A DNA stretch of 43,943 nt from a bacterium (GTDB lineage: Bacteria; Patescibacteriota; Microgenomatia; UBA1400; PJMF01): positions 1-43,943 of the forward strand of contig JAFRKU010000088.1 in the NCBI GenBank assembly GCA_017431585.1. The letters are read 5' to 3'. Made by a program: the position numbers and the translations under genes. Positions within the stretch are counted from its first letter, which is position 1. Each line of letters starts with the position of its first letter. The notes beneath the pieces were generated by a model. It searched no databases. It was not told where the DNA came from and saw only the letters and a program-made list of their open reading frames with translations. Below are positions 17,221 to 26,397 of this stretch, piece after piece.

Positions 17221-17366
17221 GGGGAGCATTGTATCACGTTTGGGCGGGAAAAACAAGCAAAAATGTGGATACAAAAGTTGCACAATTGGCGAAAGTGTAG
17301 TATAATTTACGAAATTAGGTTTGATTTTGGGAAAAAATGTAGTATAATATAGAACTAGGTCAAATT

Positions 17367-19376
17367 ATGTTAAAAAATAACAAACTGTTGTACATCTTGC
17401 CGGAAATGGCTTTTACGGCCACCGTGGGGGAAACTGCTAAGGCGGATTACTTTTTTGTCAAGACTTTTCACCAAATCAACGGTGAATTCATGCGAGACGA
17501 AAATTTTATTCACGAAAGTCTCAAAAAATTATTTGATCGGGTGGAAGAAGACCATTATACATTGGTGCTACCGGATTTTTTGTTCACGGATACGATTATC
17601 AACGTGCCGGAAACCGAAGACGTGAAAATCGCGCAATATTTGCGAGATCAGTTGCTGCCGCGCATCGAAGTGTCCACTTTTTCACACGAAACGCGCACTA
17701 GCGTCTTGTTACAGCGCAAAACGACGTCCAAAGTCCAGTTGTCAGCTTTTGAAAAAGAGTTGGCGGCGGCGCTGAAAATCGCGATCGGTGGGCGCAATAT
17801 CGTTTTGGATGAAATTGTGCCTTTGTCGTGGACGCTCAAGGCGGCCGTCAGTTTGGAACCCTCGCTGACGATTGCGCAAGTGGGCGAGCGATTGTATCTG
17901 GCCGAGCACTACATCGGCATTAATCAGACGATTAACGCCCCGATGACGGAATTGGATATCATTGCTGAAACCGTCAAGACTTTGAAAGGTGCGGAACCGA
18001 ATTTGCAAACGACATATTTGCTCACCAGCGTGCTGGTGGAGGAAAAATTGAAGAAAATCTTGGTCAAGACGATGCCGGTGCAACAATTGACCGAGCCGAC
18101 TGATCAAGAAGAGAAAATTCCTTCCTACGTCAAGCAAATCGTGGAGGTGAGTGCCCGGACACTGAGTTTGCCGGATTTCGCGGTGCCACGTTTTAGCCTG
18201 GAAGCGGTGGACATGGCCGCAGAGGTGAAAACCACGACTGTTGTGGCGGAAAATACCGATGTATCGGCAGAAAACAGCGTGGAAGACACTGTGGCTACCG
18301 TGCCGGCTGATGACATCAGTGAAAAAAATGCTGAAGAATCGGAGAAAAAATCGATCGACCTGGAAACAACTGCGCCAGGACCAGTAAGTTTAGAGACGAA
18401 ACAAGACGAAGTGCCGGCTAGTGAGGCACACCCGGTGGACACCGCCGTGGCGGCGGTGACGGCGGCGGCCGAAACTGCCAGCGTGGCGGTGGCAAGCGAA
18501 ACTTTGACGGCCGAAACGCCGGCGACCGCAGAAAAACAGCCAGAAACGGCGACTGCAGCTGTCACTTCAGAGGCGACGACACCAGCGACGCAAGAGCCCA
18601 CGGCTCAGTCGGTCTCCCCTACTCCCGCGCCAGCGAGTGATAAATTGTCGCAATTAGCGCCAGCAGTGGCGGCGCAAGCTTTGCCGGCGGAGCAAAAAAA
18701 CCCGGCTTTACCGGAAAAAAAGACTGATGAAACAACTGAAAAGCCAGCCAGCGCGCCTTCTTTGAGCTTTATGTCTGGTCGGGCGAGCGACGGCGAGACG
18801 ACGGCGGCGACTGGTGGCGACAAAGAAGAAATCGAAACAGAAAAGAAAGGTAATATGTCTTCATTTATCAAGAAGTTATTGCTCTTTTTACTCATATTTG
18901 TGGTCGTGATTGCTTTGGGCATCGGCGTCGGTGTGGGCATTTTGAAAATGTCTGGCAAAGACGTGTTTAAACCCAAGAGTATCCCGACGCCAGAGCCGAC
19001 GGTGACCGCCACTCCCACACCCGAACCAGTGGTGGAGCCGGTAGTGGAAGCGACGCCAGAGGCGCAGCCGGAGCCGGAAGAGGAAATCAAGGCTGAAGAC
19101 ATGCAAGTTTTGGTGGTGAACGCCACGGGGATTGCCGGTTTGGCGGGTAAGGCCAAGACTGCTTTGGAAAAAGATGGCTTCACCAATGTCCAGACGGGTA
19201 ACGCCAAGGGCACTTATGACACGATTGGCACTTTCGTGCTGATGGCCGAGAAAAATGCGGCTTTGATCAAGTTGCTGGAGACGGCCACCGGGCGGACGAT
19301 GACCTACGATGAGGATTACAAGGTGGAAGACAGCGCTGGCAAGTATGACGCGGTGATTGTCTTGAACGAGGAATAA
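17367..19376 (+). CDS. Membrane protein with C-terminal LytR_C domain
   Basis: 669 aa in five parts. First a ~230-aa N-terminal domain of unknown type, then ~240 aa of A/T/E/P/S low complexity. One TM helix follows (LLLFLLIFVVVIALGIGVGVGIL), then a P/T/E linker. The C-terminus is VLVVNATGIAGLAGKAKTALEKDGFTNVQTGNA...YDAVIVLNEE, which is LytR_C-like. Confidence 0.6.
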   Translation: MLKNNKLLYILPEMAFTATVGETAKADYFFVKTFHQINGEFMRDENFIHESLKKLFDRVEEDHYTLVLPDFLFTDTIINVPETEDVKIAQYLRDQLLPRIEVSTFSHETRTSVLLQRKTTSKVQLSAFEKELAAALKIAIGGRNIVLDEIVPLSWTLKAAVSLEPSLTIAQVGERLYLAEHYIGINQTINAPMTELDIIAETVKTLKGAEPNLQTTYLLTSVLVEEKLKKILVKTMPVQQLTEPTDQEEKIPSYVKQIVEVSARTLSLPDFAVPRFSLEAVDMAAEVKTTTVVAENTDVSAENSVEDTVATVPADDISEKNAEESEKKSIDLETTAPGPVSLETKQDEVPASEAHPVDTAVAAVTAAAETASVAVASETLTAETPATAEKQPETATAAVTSEATTPATQEPTAQSVSPTPAPASDKLSQLAPAVAAQALPAEQKNPALPEKKTDETTEKPASAPSLSFMSGRASDGETTAATGGDKEEIETEKKGNMSSFIKKLLLFLLIFVVVIALGIGVGVGILKMSGKDVFKPKSIPTPEPTVTATPTPEPVVEPVVEATPEAQPEPEEEIKAEDMQVLVVNATGIAGLAGKAKTALEKDGFTNVQTGNAKGTYDTIGTFVLMAEKNAALIKLLETATGRTMTYDEDYKVEDSAGKYDAVIVLNEE

Positions 19377-19378
19377 AC

Positions 19379-19678
19379 ATGACTGGGCGAGTCACTGCTG
19401 ACGAACAAGCTATGGTCTCGCCTGACGAACTGGCGGCGGCGGTATCGGACGATACCGCCGACATCGAGTTGGAAAAATTACAGAAAAAAATCGCGCGCGA
19501 AGAGCGCAAAAAACGCCGAGAAATCGAGGCAGCGAGTCAAAAACGAGCTACCTGGCTACTGCCGAGTTTGCTTTTGGCTACTATGTTGATTTCTTGGGTG
19601 TTGAGTCGGTTGCAATTAGCGCCAGCCAGCGCGCCTGAGAGTGAGCCGGCGGCCGAAACGGCGGGCGGCGAGGAATAA
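19379..19678 (+). CDS. Hypothetical small membrane protein
   Basis: 99 aa with a charged helical N-terminus (KKIAREERKKRREIE) and one TM helix. GAGGA lies 6 nt upstream. It is adjacent to the previous gene. Confidence 0.4.
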   Translation: MTGRVTADEQAMVSPDELAAAVSDDTADIELEKLQKKIAREERKKRREIEAASQKRATWLLPSLLLATMLISWVLSRLQLAPASAPESEPAAETAGGEE

Positions 19679-19682
19679 AGAA

Positions 19683-19782
19683 CCCCCCCCAAAAAAAAAG
19701 CGAGTGTCGCAAAATAATTAGCCATTTTTGGCCAATTTTGATTGATGTATCAGTGTTTCACTGGAGTGAGTGTCGCAAAATA
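19683..19782. repeat. C8A9 homopolymer pair plus two 15-bp direct repeats
   Basis: CCCCCCCC 19683..19690, then AAAAAAAAA 19691..19699. GAGTGTCGCAAAATA occurs at 19702..19716 and 19768..19782. Confidence 0.8.
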
Positions 19783-19785
19783 TTT

Positions 19786-22161
19786 TTAAGTAGACTCGCC
19801 CTCATGCGCCTTACCCTCGGCTTCGGGAGGAGCGGGAGGGGCGGGACATTTAATGGGTGGGATTTGGTTTTCTTTAAAATATTCCGTGCGACCGCAATAA
19901 TCCACGGCCACGATGCCACTGGGGATATCGAAATGACTGGGATTGTCTGGATCCAGCAGGGTGAGGAAGATTTTTTGCCAAATGGGTGAGGCACCAGTGA
20001 TACCAGAGGCGACGTAGCTCATGGGGCGGTTATCATTGTTGCCCACCCAGACGCCGACGACGTAATCGCGGGTGTAGCCAAAAGTCCAGTTGTCGCGCAA
20101 GCTATTGGTGGTTCCGGTTTTGACGGCCACTTCTTGGCCCGGAATGTGGAGGACGCTATTGGCGCCGAAAGCGGGTGTGCGCGCCTGGTTGTCGCTTAAA
20201 ATGCTGGCAATTTGATAGCTGGTTGCCGCCGAGAGAGTGCGGCGGGAACGGTCGGCGCACTCGCCGTCGAGAGCGCAGGCGTTGCGATAAATGACGTTGC
20301 CTTGGTAATCCATGACTTCCAAAATGGGATCGGGCGTGACGGTGAGGCCGTAGTTGGCAAAAGTGCCATAGGCTTCCATCATATCAATCATGTAGACGTC
20401 GCCGCCGCCCAAAGTGAGCGATAGTCCCAGACGGGAACGATCGGTCCAGGTGGTAATACCCATTTTTTCCGCCTGGTCAATGAAAGCGTCTTTGCCGATG
20501 TCGTTGAGGACTTTGACGGCGGGAATATTGTAGGAATTGGCCAGACTGGAGCGGAGGGTGACATTGCCGTGATAGCTGCCGTCGTAGTTTTTGGGGCTAT
20601 AGGAGGGGCCGCCTTTGTAAGCGTAAGTGACGGGGGCGTCCAGAATCAAAGTGGCGGGTGTATAGCCAAAATATTCCATGGCGGTGGCATAATTGAGCGG
20701 TTTGATGGAAGAGCCTGGTTGGCGCAGACGCAAGCAGACATTGACCTGTCCCCCACGGTCGCGATCGAAATAGTCGCGTGAGCCGACCATAGCTAAAATT
20801 TCGCCAGTTTGCGGCCGGGTGACCATGGCGGCGCCATTGGACACGCGCAAGCGCGCCAGGCTATCGACTTCATCGGTGACGATGCGTTGGGCGTCGTTTT
20901 GGACTTGTAAGTCTAGGGTGGTGCGGACGGTGAGACCGCCGGTATTGACCATGTCTTGGCCGTACATATCGGCCAGTTTTTGTTGGACATACATGACAAA
21001 ATGCGGCGCTTGGATATTAACTTGGCTGTCTTGGAAAGAGAGAATTTCAGCGTTGGCGGAGGCTTCTTGGGCAGGCGTGATGTAGCCGTCTTCGCGCATG
21101 CGGCGCAGGACTTCGGTGCGGCGCCGATAGGAGCCTTCGATGTCATTGGCAAAAGGTGAATAGCGGCTGGGAGCTTGGGGTAAGCCGGCCAAAAAAGCGC
21201 TTTCGGCCAAGGTTAAATCGGCGGCGTTTTTGCCAAAAAAGGTGATAGCGGCTTGCTCGACCCCGTATACGGGGCCGCCGTAGTTGACTTGATTGAGATA
21301 CATTTCCATGATATCGTCTTTGGTATAATTGCCCTCGACAAGAATGGCCAAAATTAACTCTTTAATTTTGCGAGTGAAAGTTTTTTCGCTGGTGAGCAGG
21401 CGTTGTTTGACGAGTTGCTGGGTAATGGTGGAACCGCCTTGGCTGAGGGTGCCGCTTTCTTGATTGGCACGAAAAGCGCGAATGATGGCTTTTAAATCGA
21501 AACCGCGATGCTCGCGGAAAGTTCGGTCTTCGATGGCCATGGTGGCATTAACCAAGTCTGGTGAGACGCGCGAGAGGGACACGGGAGTGCGGTTTTCGTC
21601 TTCGTAAACTTCGTAAAGCAGATGCTGATTGCGGTCGAAAATTTTGGTGGTCATGTTTTGTTTGGCGGTGGACAATTGAGTAATATCTGGTAAATCGGCA
21701 ATAATGTGGTCATAAAACCACCAACCACCAAACAAAATGCCAAAAGAGAGAGCGAAAGAGACACTGCCCCAGAAAAGTTGGGCGGCGACGCTGCCGCCAC
21801 CGGAGCGGACGATGACTTTGAGATTGCGCCGGTAGTAACGGTCGATTTTTTCTGGGTGAGCGACTGGTAAATAAGTGTGGCGATGCCACAAACTGTGCCA
21901 ATGGCGCGCGAGCGTCCGGTAGGCGTTGGCCAAGGGCCGCGGTCTTTTGAAAGTGTCGGTTTTGGGCAACTGTGGGGCGCGGGCGCGGCTGTCATAGATG
22001 ACGTTTTGAGGGACACGAGTGACGGTGACTTCGACAAAAATGAGATTTTGCCACAAGTGAGAGACATCGCGGCCCCAAATGAGCAGTTTTTGGCGGCACC
22101 ACCAATAGCGAGCCAGTAATTTGGCGAGAAAATTATGCCAGTGCGACCTCCAGTTGCTCAT
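19786..22161 (-). CDS. Class A penicillin-binding protein (PBP1A-type transglycosylase/transpeptidase)
   Basis: 791 aa. GT51 motifs (EDRTFREHRGFD, GGSTITQQLVKQ) and transpeptidase motifs (GSSIKP, SYN, KTGTT). About 115 aa of basic cytoplasmic extension precede the TM helix. ATG 22161 lies 7 nt after TGGTATAAT (-10 at 22174..22169). Confidence 0.9.
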   Translation of the reverse strand: MSNWRSHWHNFLAKLLARYWWCRQKLLIWGRDVSHLWQNLIFVEVTVTRVPQNVIYDSRARAPQLPKTDTFKRPRPLANAYRTLARHWHSLWHRHTYLPVAHPEKIDRYYRRNLKVIVRSGGGSVAAQLFWGSVSFALSFGILFGGWWFYDHIIADLPDITQLSTAKQNMTTKIFDRNQHLLYEVYEDENRTPVSLSRVSPDLVNATMAIEDRTFREHRGFDLKAIIRAFRANQESGTLSQGGSTITQQLVKQRLLTSEKTFTRKIKELILAILVEGNYTKDDIMEMYLNQVNYGGPVYGVEQAAITFFGKNAADLTLAESAFLAGLPQAPSRYSPFANDIEGSYRRRTEVLRRMREDGYITPAQEASANAEILSFQDSQVNIQAPHFVMYVQQKLADMYGQDMVNTGGLTVRTTLDLQVQNDAQRIVTDEVDSLARLRVSNGAAMVTRPQTGEILAMVGSRDYFDRDRGGQVNVCLRLRQPGSSIKPLNYATAMEYFGYTPATLILDAPVTYAYKGGPSYSPKNYDGSYHGNVTLRSSLANSYNIPAVKVLNDIGKDAFIDQAEKMGITTWTDRSRLGLSLTLGGGDVYMIDMMEAYGTFANYGLTVTPDPILEVMDYQGNVIYRNACALDGECADRSRRTLSAATSYQIASILSDNQARTPAFGANSVLHIPGQEVAVKTGTTNSLRDNWTFGYTRDYVVGVWVGNNDNRPMSYVASGITGASPIWQKIFLTLLDPDNPSHFDIPSGIVAVDYCGRTEYFKENQIPPIKCPAPPAPPEAEGKAHEGEST

Positions 22162-22239
22162 AACCTATATTATACCACACTTTTGGCGATTTTTCGGAGC
22201 AAAATGGTACAAAAATGAGCAATTTGGGGTGTAATTTTG

Positions 22240-22251
22240 AGTTGTTAGGCG
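22240..22251 (+). repeat. AGTTGTTAGGCG: intergenic near-copy of the 14-mer
   Basis: ttttGAGTTGTTAGGCGag. 12 of 14 positions match the consensus. It lies between the PBP1A start and the GT2 3' end. Confidence 0.7.
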
Positions 22252-22254
22252 AGT

Positions 22255-23165
22255 TTAGATGGCAATTTGTTTGCCGAGGCGATGCAAAAACCAATGTTTG
22301 GCGGCCAATTGTTCAATTTTGGAGCCGTGGCGCAGCAAGCGCCACGCTAAACGGACTACGCGCTGGCGGACGCGCCAGTTGCCGTAGGTGGCAAAAAAGT
22401 GGAGACGGTTGCGAGTTTGATAAAAAGTTTGTAAATCTGAGCCGGAGCCGTTGGTGGCGCCGCCGTTTTTGTGCCACACGATGCTGGAGGGGACAAAACC
22501 GAGTTTGAAACCATGAGTTTTGAGGCGAGCGGATAAATCGGTGTCTTCGTAATACAAAAAATATTGGTCGTCAAATACGCCGGTGGTGGCTAAAACTTCG
22601 CGGCGAATCAAAAAACAGCAACCGGTGGCAAAATCGAGCTCGGTTTCGTGCTCAAATTGGCCGCGGTCGATTTCGTCAACACCGCGATGACAAGTGAGCA
22701 AATTGTCCCAATCGATACTGCCGCCCGCAAACCAGATGACGTGGCCGCGCTGATCGGCTGGGTAGTCGGTGCGGTGGAATTCGCAGCCGGGGGCAAAGTA
22801 AATTTTGGGACTGGCTAAGCCCCAATCTGGATGGGCGTGCAAACTGGCGAGCAGATGCGCCAAAAAGTCTGGCTGCACGAGTGTATCGGCATTGAGGAGC
22901 AAAAAATAATCCGGATTGAATTCGCGACTGGCGACGGCAAAACCTAAATTATTGCCGCCGGTGAAGCCCAAATTGGTATCGGAGCGTACCAGTTGGGTGG
23001 CAGCGGGGGCGTTTGGGGGTAGTATATACGGGTTTTGGATGCATTATCGATGACGAAGGTGCGCACCTGATAATCGCCCGCCTTGAGGGCAGCTAAACTG
23101 GCCAGGACGGCGGTAGTATCCTCGTCGGTATTGTAGTGGACAATAATAATCGCAATTTTATCCAT
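22255..23165 (-). pseudogene. Family-2 glycosyltransferase interrupted by a 1-nt frameshift
   Basis: ORF 23165..22944 encodes MDKIAIIIVHYNTDEDT...FVIDNAS and then turns to nonsense. ORF 22971..22255 continues NLGFTGGNNLGFA...LLLNADT.... Adding one A to the A4 run (plus-strand T-run 23033..23036) gives a continuous ...VIDNASKNPYILPPNAPAATQLVRSDTNLGFTGGNNLG.... Confidence 0.7.
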
Positions 23166-23201
23166 AGAAGGGGTATTATACCATAAAATAAGGCGAAATG
23201 G

Positions 23202-24068
23202 CTACAAGATCTCTTCGGTGGTGTCATCTGGCGAGTGTTTCCATGAGAGCAGATAGCTATCGCGCCGCATTTTGTCGTCGCTGCCGACCAGTTTGCCTTC
23301 GCCGCGCAAAATGCGCTCAAAAGGTTCGCAATGGGGACAACCGCCGTGGGGGCATTTGAAAGCCTGGAGTTTGCGGGCGGTGGCGATACGCCGGCCGATG
23401 TCTAGCAGCTGGGCACGAGCGTCGGCGAGCGAGGGCAAAGGTTTGGGCGTGAGCTCGTCGTGGAGCTCCAGATACCAGTAAGCGGCGTCGCGGACGTGGT
23501 ATTTTTGGCAATAGGTAGCCAGAAGGAGGTAAATGGGCAGCTGGAGAGAGCTTTCGTTTTCGACGGTTTTGCTGGTTTTGAAATCAATAATGGTGACGGT
23601 TTGGTCTTCGGGGTGATAAGTGAGCCAGTCGAGTTTGCCGCACAAAATGATGTTTTCGTCCTCCGAGAGCCAAAATTCGGGTAAATCGGCTTTAATTTTG
23701 ACGGCCAAACCGGTGAGCGGTCCGGGATGATTCATGACCCGCTGAAGCATGGCCAGGCCGCGATCATGATAAGTTTTTTCCAAACTTTCGCTGGTGAATC
23801 CGCCTTTTTCGCCGGTAAATTGCGGCCAGTGGCGCTCAAATTGAGCGACCAAACTTTCTTGGAAACGCTCGCTGCTTTTTTTGGTGGACAAGTTTTCTAA
23901 AATGTCGTGGACGGCGATGCCCAGGGAAAGCGAAGGTGAGACAATTTGCAATTTGTGGCGGGTTTGAGGGTCTTTGTAGACGTTTTTAAGATAGTAAGCG
24001 CGCGGACACGCCAGGTAATCGCTGATACTACTGTGGGAAATCCAGGTGGCAGAATATTTATCACTCAT
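23202..24068 (-). CDS. PD-(D/E)xK nuclease, Cas4/RecB-like with Fe-S cysteines
   Basis: 288 aa. One N-terminal Cys (DYLACPRAYY), the core GKLDWL...VTIIDFKTSK, and C-terminal FKCPHGGCPHCEPF (C-x5-C-x2-C). ATG 24068 lies 7 nt after TGATATAAT (-10 at 24081..24076). Confidence 0.7.
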   Translation of the reverse strand: MSDKYSATWISHSSISDYLACPRAYYLKNVYKDPQTRHKLQIVSPSLSLGIAVHDILENLSTKKSSERFQESLVAQFERHWPQFTGEKGGFTSESLEKTYHDRGLAMLQRVMNHPGPLTGLAVKIKADLPEFWLSEDENIILCGKLDWLTYHPEDQTVTIIDFKTSKTVENESSLQLPIYLLLATYCQKYHVRDAAYWYLELHDELTPKPLPSLADARAQLLDIGRRIATARKLQAFKCPHGGCPHCEPFERILRGEGKLVGSDDKMRRDSYLLSWKHSPDDTTEEIL

Positions 24069-24090
24069 GGAAGCGATTATATCACAAAAT

Positions 24091-24120
24091 CAAACAAAAC
24101 CCGCCCGAATTTCGGGCGGG
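24091..24120 (-). terminator. Rho-independent terminator (minus strand)
   Basis: Perfect palindrome CCCGCCCGAA-t-TTCGGGCGGG (24100..24120), followed on the minus strand by TTTTGTTTG. Confidence 0.8.
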
Positions 24121-24146
24121 TGGCATGTTTATCATCTGAAAACGGC

Positions 24147-25043
24147 TTAGTTGCGGTGGCAGCGGAAGTAGAAAGTATCTGACCAGTCGCGCCAATCGCC
24201 ATCGTTCATCCGAATTTGATAACGGACGTAATAGGTGCGATTGTCGTCGAGATTGTAGCTGAAAACGACGCGATCGGTTTGTTGGTAGGTGTGATCGTAG
24301 ACGTCGTTGCGGCCGTTGTCGGTGCCAATCTGGACGTGGTACTCTTGAGCCGCTTTACCGTCTTTTTCAAACTTGGGCAAAACGATACGGACATCGTTCC
24401 AGCGGTTGCCACCGTCGAAACGGCCACAGCTTTCGATGTACGGAGTAGACGGTTTATACTCAGGATACGAATAATTGTAGGTATAACCATTGTTCCAGTT
24501 GTTCCAATCGCCGTTGATCGCCACCATCGGCACGCCGTTGACGTAGTAGATGGTATTGGGTTGGACATAATTGGTCGCCGGGACATAGGTCACCGTCTGG
24601 GTGACGGGTTGTTGGACCACGGTTTGGGTGGTAGCGCCGGCTGCCTGAACTTGGCCACCTTTGGTGGTCGTGGAGACCACCGGAGTCGCGGCTTCGGTTT
24701 CGACGTCTGCTGCGGCTTGCTCCGCCTGGGCGGCGCGAGTGCGTTCGCTGACGGCCAATTGCCGATCATTGGTGTCGCCAGTGGTGGTCGTGGTGTTTTT
24801 CAAGGCGGCATCGCCTTTGCCAGCGGTGGTGTCACCGTCCACGACGGTGCGGGAGGCCACTTGTTCGTCTGTGGTGGCTTTTTGTTGGCTGTAATTATAG
24901 ACAATTAAGCTGCCGGCCACCAAAATGGCGCAAATAACCGCGGCAGGCACCAGGCGAAAACGCCGAGTGGTTTCCACGGTGGGCACAAAATTAGGAGTAG
25001 TGTCGGCCGGAGCCGCATCTTGGTGAAATTGTACATCTGTCAT
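24147..25043 (-). CDS. Hypothetical membrane-anchored surface protein
   Basis: 298 aa with one TM helix (AAVICAILVAGSLIVY), a T/A/Q-rich spacer, and a C-terminal W/N/Y/D-rich ~130-aa domain containing two Cys. It is driven by promoter-module copy C with a ~70-nt leader. Confidence 0.5.
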   Translation of the reverse strand: MTDVQFHQDAAPADTTPNFVPTVETTRRFRLVPAAVICAILVAGSLIVYNYSQQKATTDEQVASRTVVDGDTTAGKGDAALKNTTTTTGDTNDRQLAVSERTRAAQAEQAAADVETEAATPVVSTTTKGGQVQAAGATTQTVVQQPVTQTVTYVPATNYVQPNTIYYVNGVPMVAINGDWNNWNNGYTYNYSYPEYKPSTPYIESCGRFDGGNRWNDVRIVLPKFEKDGKAAQEYHVQIGTDNGRNDVYDHTYQQTDRVVFSYNLDDNRTYYVRYQIRMNDGDWRDWSDTFYFRCHRN

Positions 25044-25122
25044 TTTGTCTTTCTATTTTAGTCTTTTTGAGCGATTTATTGACATTTTTATAACTATGTC
25101 TAAACCGCTGTTAATATTTAAT

Positions 25123-25168
25123 ATTATATCATATAAGGCCACTTTTGTCAAGAGGCAATTTAGCCTGG
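25123..25168 (-). promoter_or_regulatory. Sigma-70-type promoter with conserved upstream module (copy C)
   Basis: Minus strand reads CCAGGCTAAATTGCCTCTTGACAAAAGTGGCCTTATATGATATAAT. The -35 is at 25151..25146, the spacer is 17 nt, and the -10 is at 25128..25123. Confidence 0.6.
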
Positions 25169-25191
25169 AAAAATGTGGTATAATCGAAAAC

Positions 25192-26361
25192 ATGCTGAAA
25201 AGATGGTATTTTTGGCTGCTGATGAGCGTGGTGTTTGTCATTAGTTTGGGGGCGACGCTGCTAGCCTGGCCGCGCGACCAGCTGGTGGGCGAAACCGTGG
25301 TGATCACGGATGTGCCGGGGCAAAATGATCAACCAGAGGTAGAAGCGCCGCCTGATCCGCTGCGAGTGCGCTATATCGCTTTGTTGGGTCACGGTGGGGC
25401 GGGACATGACGGCGGTAGCCTGGCGGACACGGTGATGGTGGCTCAAATTGTGCCCCACGCGGCGACAATTAATTTGCTGTCGCTGCCACGGGACTTGTGG
25501 GTGGAGCTGCCAGTGACAAAAAGTGCTGATTCATCGCAAAATATGCACGCAAAGCTCAATACGACGCTCTCGGTGGGCTCTAGCGAGCGGATGTATACCT
25601 GGCGTGACGAGCGTTTCCAGGGGAAAAACGGCGGCGGCCAACTGGCCAAAGAGGTCATTGGCCAGATTATCGGCCAGGCGGTGGAATACTATGTGGCGGT
25701 GGATTTTAGCGGATTTGTCCGGCTGATTGAGATTATCGGTGGCTCAAGTGGGCTGAAAATCAATGTCCCCTACTCTTTTGTAGACGAATTTTACCCAATT
25801 GAGGGCGAGCAAAACAATAATTGCGATTTTTCGGAAGAACAAATTGCCCAGTTGACTGAGCAGTACACGGGTTACGAATTGGAACAACAGTTTACCTGTC
25901 GCTACGAGCGGCTGGAGTTTAACCAGGGGCTGCAACTGATCGAGCCAGAACAATTGCTCAAGTTTGTCCGGTCGAGACATTCGGGGGTGGGTGGGGGTGA
26001 TTTTGGGCGATCGGCTCGTCAGCAGGTGGTCATGGAAGCGGTCAAAGACAAGATTTTTTCCTTGTCTTTCGTGCCGAAGTGGCCGGAGTTTATCGCCACG
26101 GTGTTTAAAATCGTGCGCACGGATTTGGATTTGGACTTGATGAGCGATATTTTGCGCGATTGGGGCGATATACGCGAGTACACCATTAAAAGTTACGTGG
26201 TGGATAATAAGGAATTGTTGCGCGATGGCCGTTCGAGTGACGGTCAGTATGTGCTCATGCCGCGATCGGGCGAGGGTGATTACAGCCAAATCCATGCTTT
26301 AGTACAGACGATGATTGATGAAGCCACCCGGGAGGCGAGTTTAGCCGGGAGGCTCAAGTGA
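25192..26361 (+). CDS. LCP (LytR-CpsA-Psr) family glycopolymer ligase
   Basis: TM anchor followed by YIALLGHGGAGHDGGSLADTVMVAQI...INLLSLPRDLWVEL...YYVAVDFSGFVRLIEIIGG. Start moved to ATG 25192 (MLKRWYFWLL...), 7 nt after TGTGGTATAAT (-10 at 25179..25184). Confidence 0.8.
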   Translation: MLKRWYFWLLMSVVFVISLGATLLAWPRDQLVGETVVITDVPGQNDQPEVEAPPDPLRVRYIALLGHGGAGHDGGSLADTVMVAQIVPHAATINLLSLPRDLWVELPVTKSADSSQNMHAKLNTTLSVGSSERMYTWRDERFQGKNGGGQLAKEVIGQIIGQAVEYYVAVDFSGFVRLIEIIGGSSGLKINVPYSFVDEFYPIEGEQNNNCDFSEEQIAQLTEQYTGYELEQQFTCRYERLEFNQGLQLIEPEQLLKFVRSRHSGVGGGDFGRSARQQVVMEAVKDKIFSLSFVPKWPEFIATVFKIVRTDLDLDLMSDILRDWGDIREYTIKSYVVDNKELLRDGRSSDGQYVLMPRSGEGDYSQIHALVQTMIDEATREASLAGRLK

Positions 26362-26397
26362 TTGACGGATAGTGTATAATAGAGGTATAATAATAGT

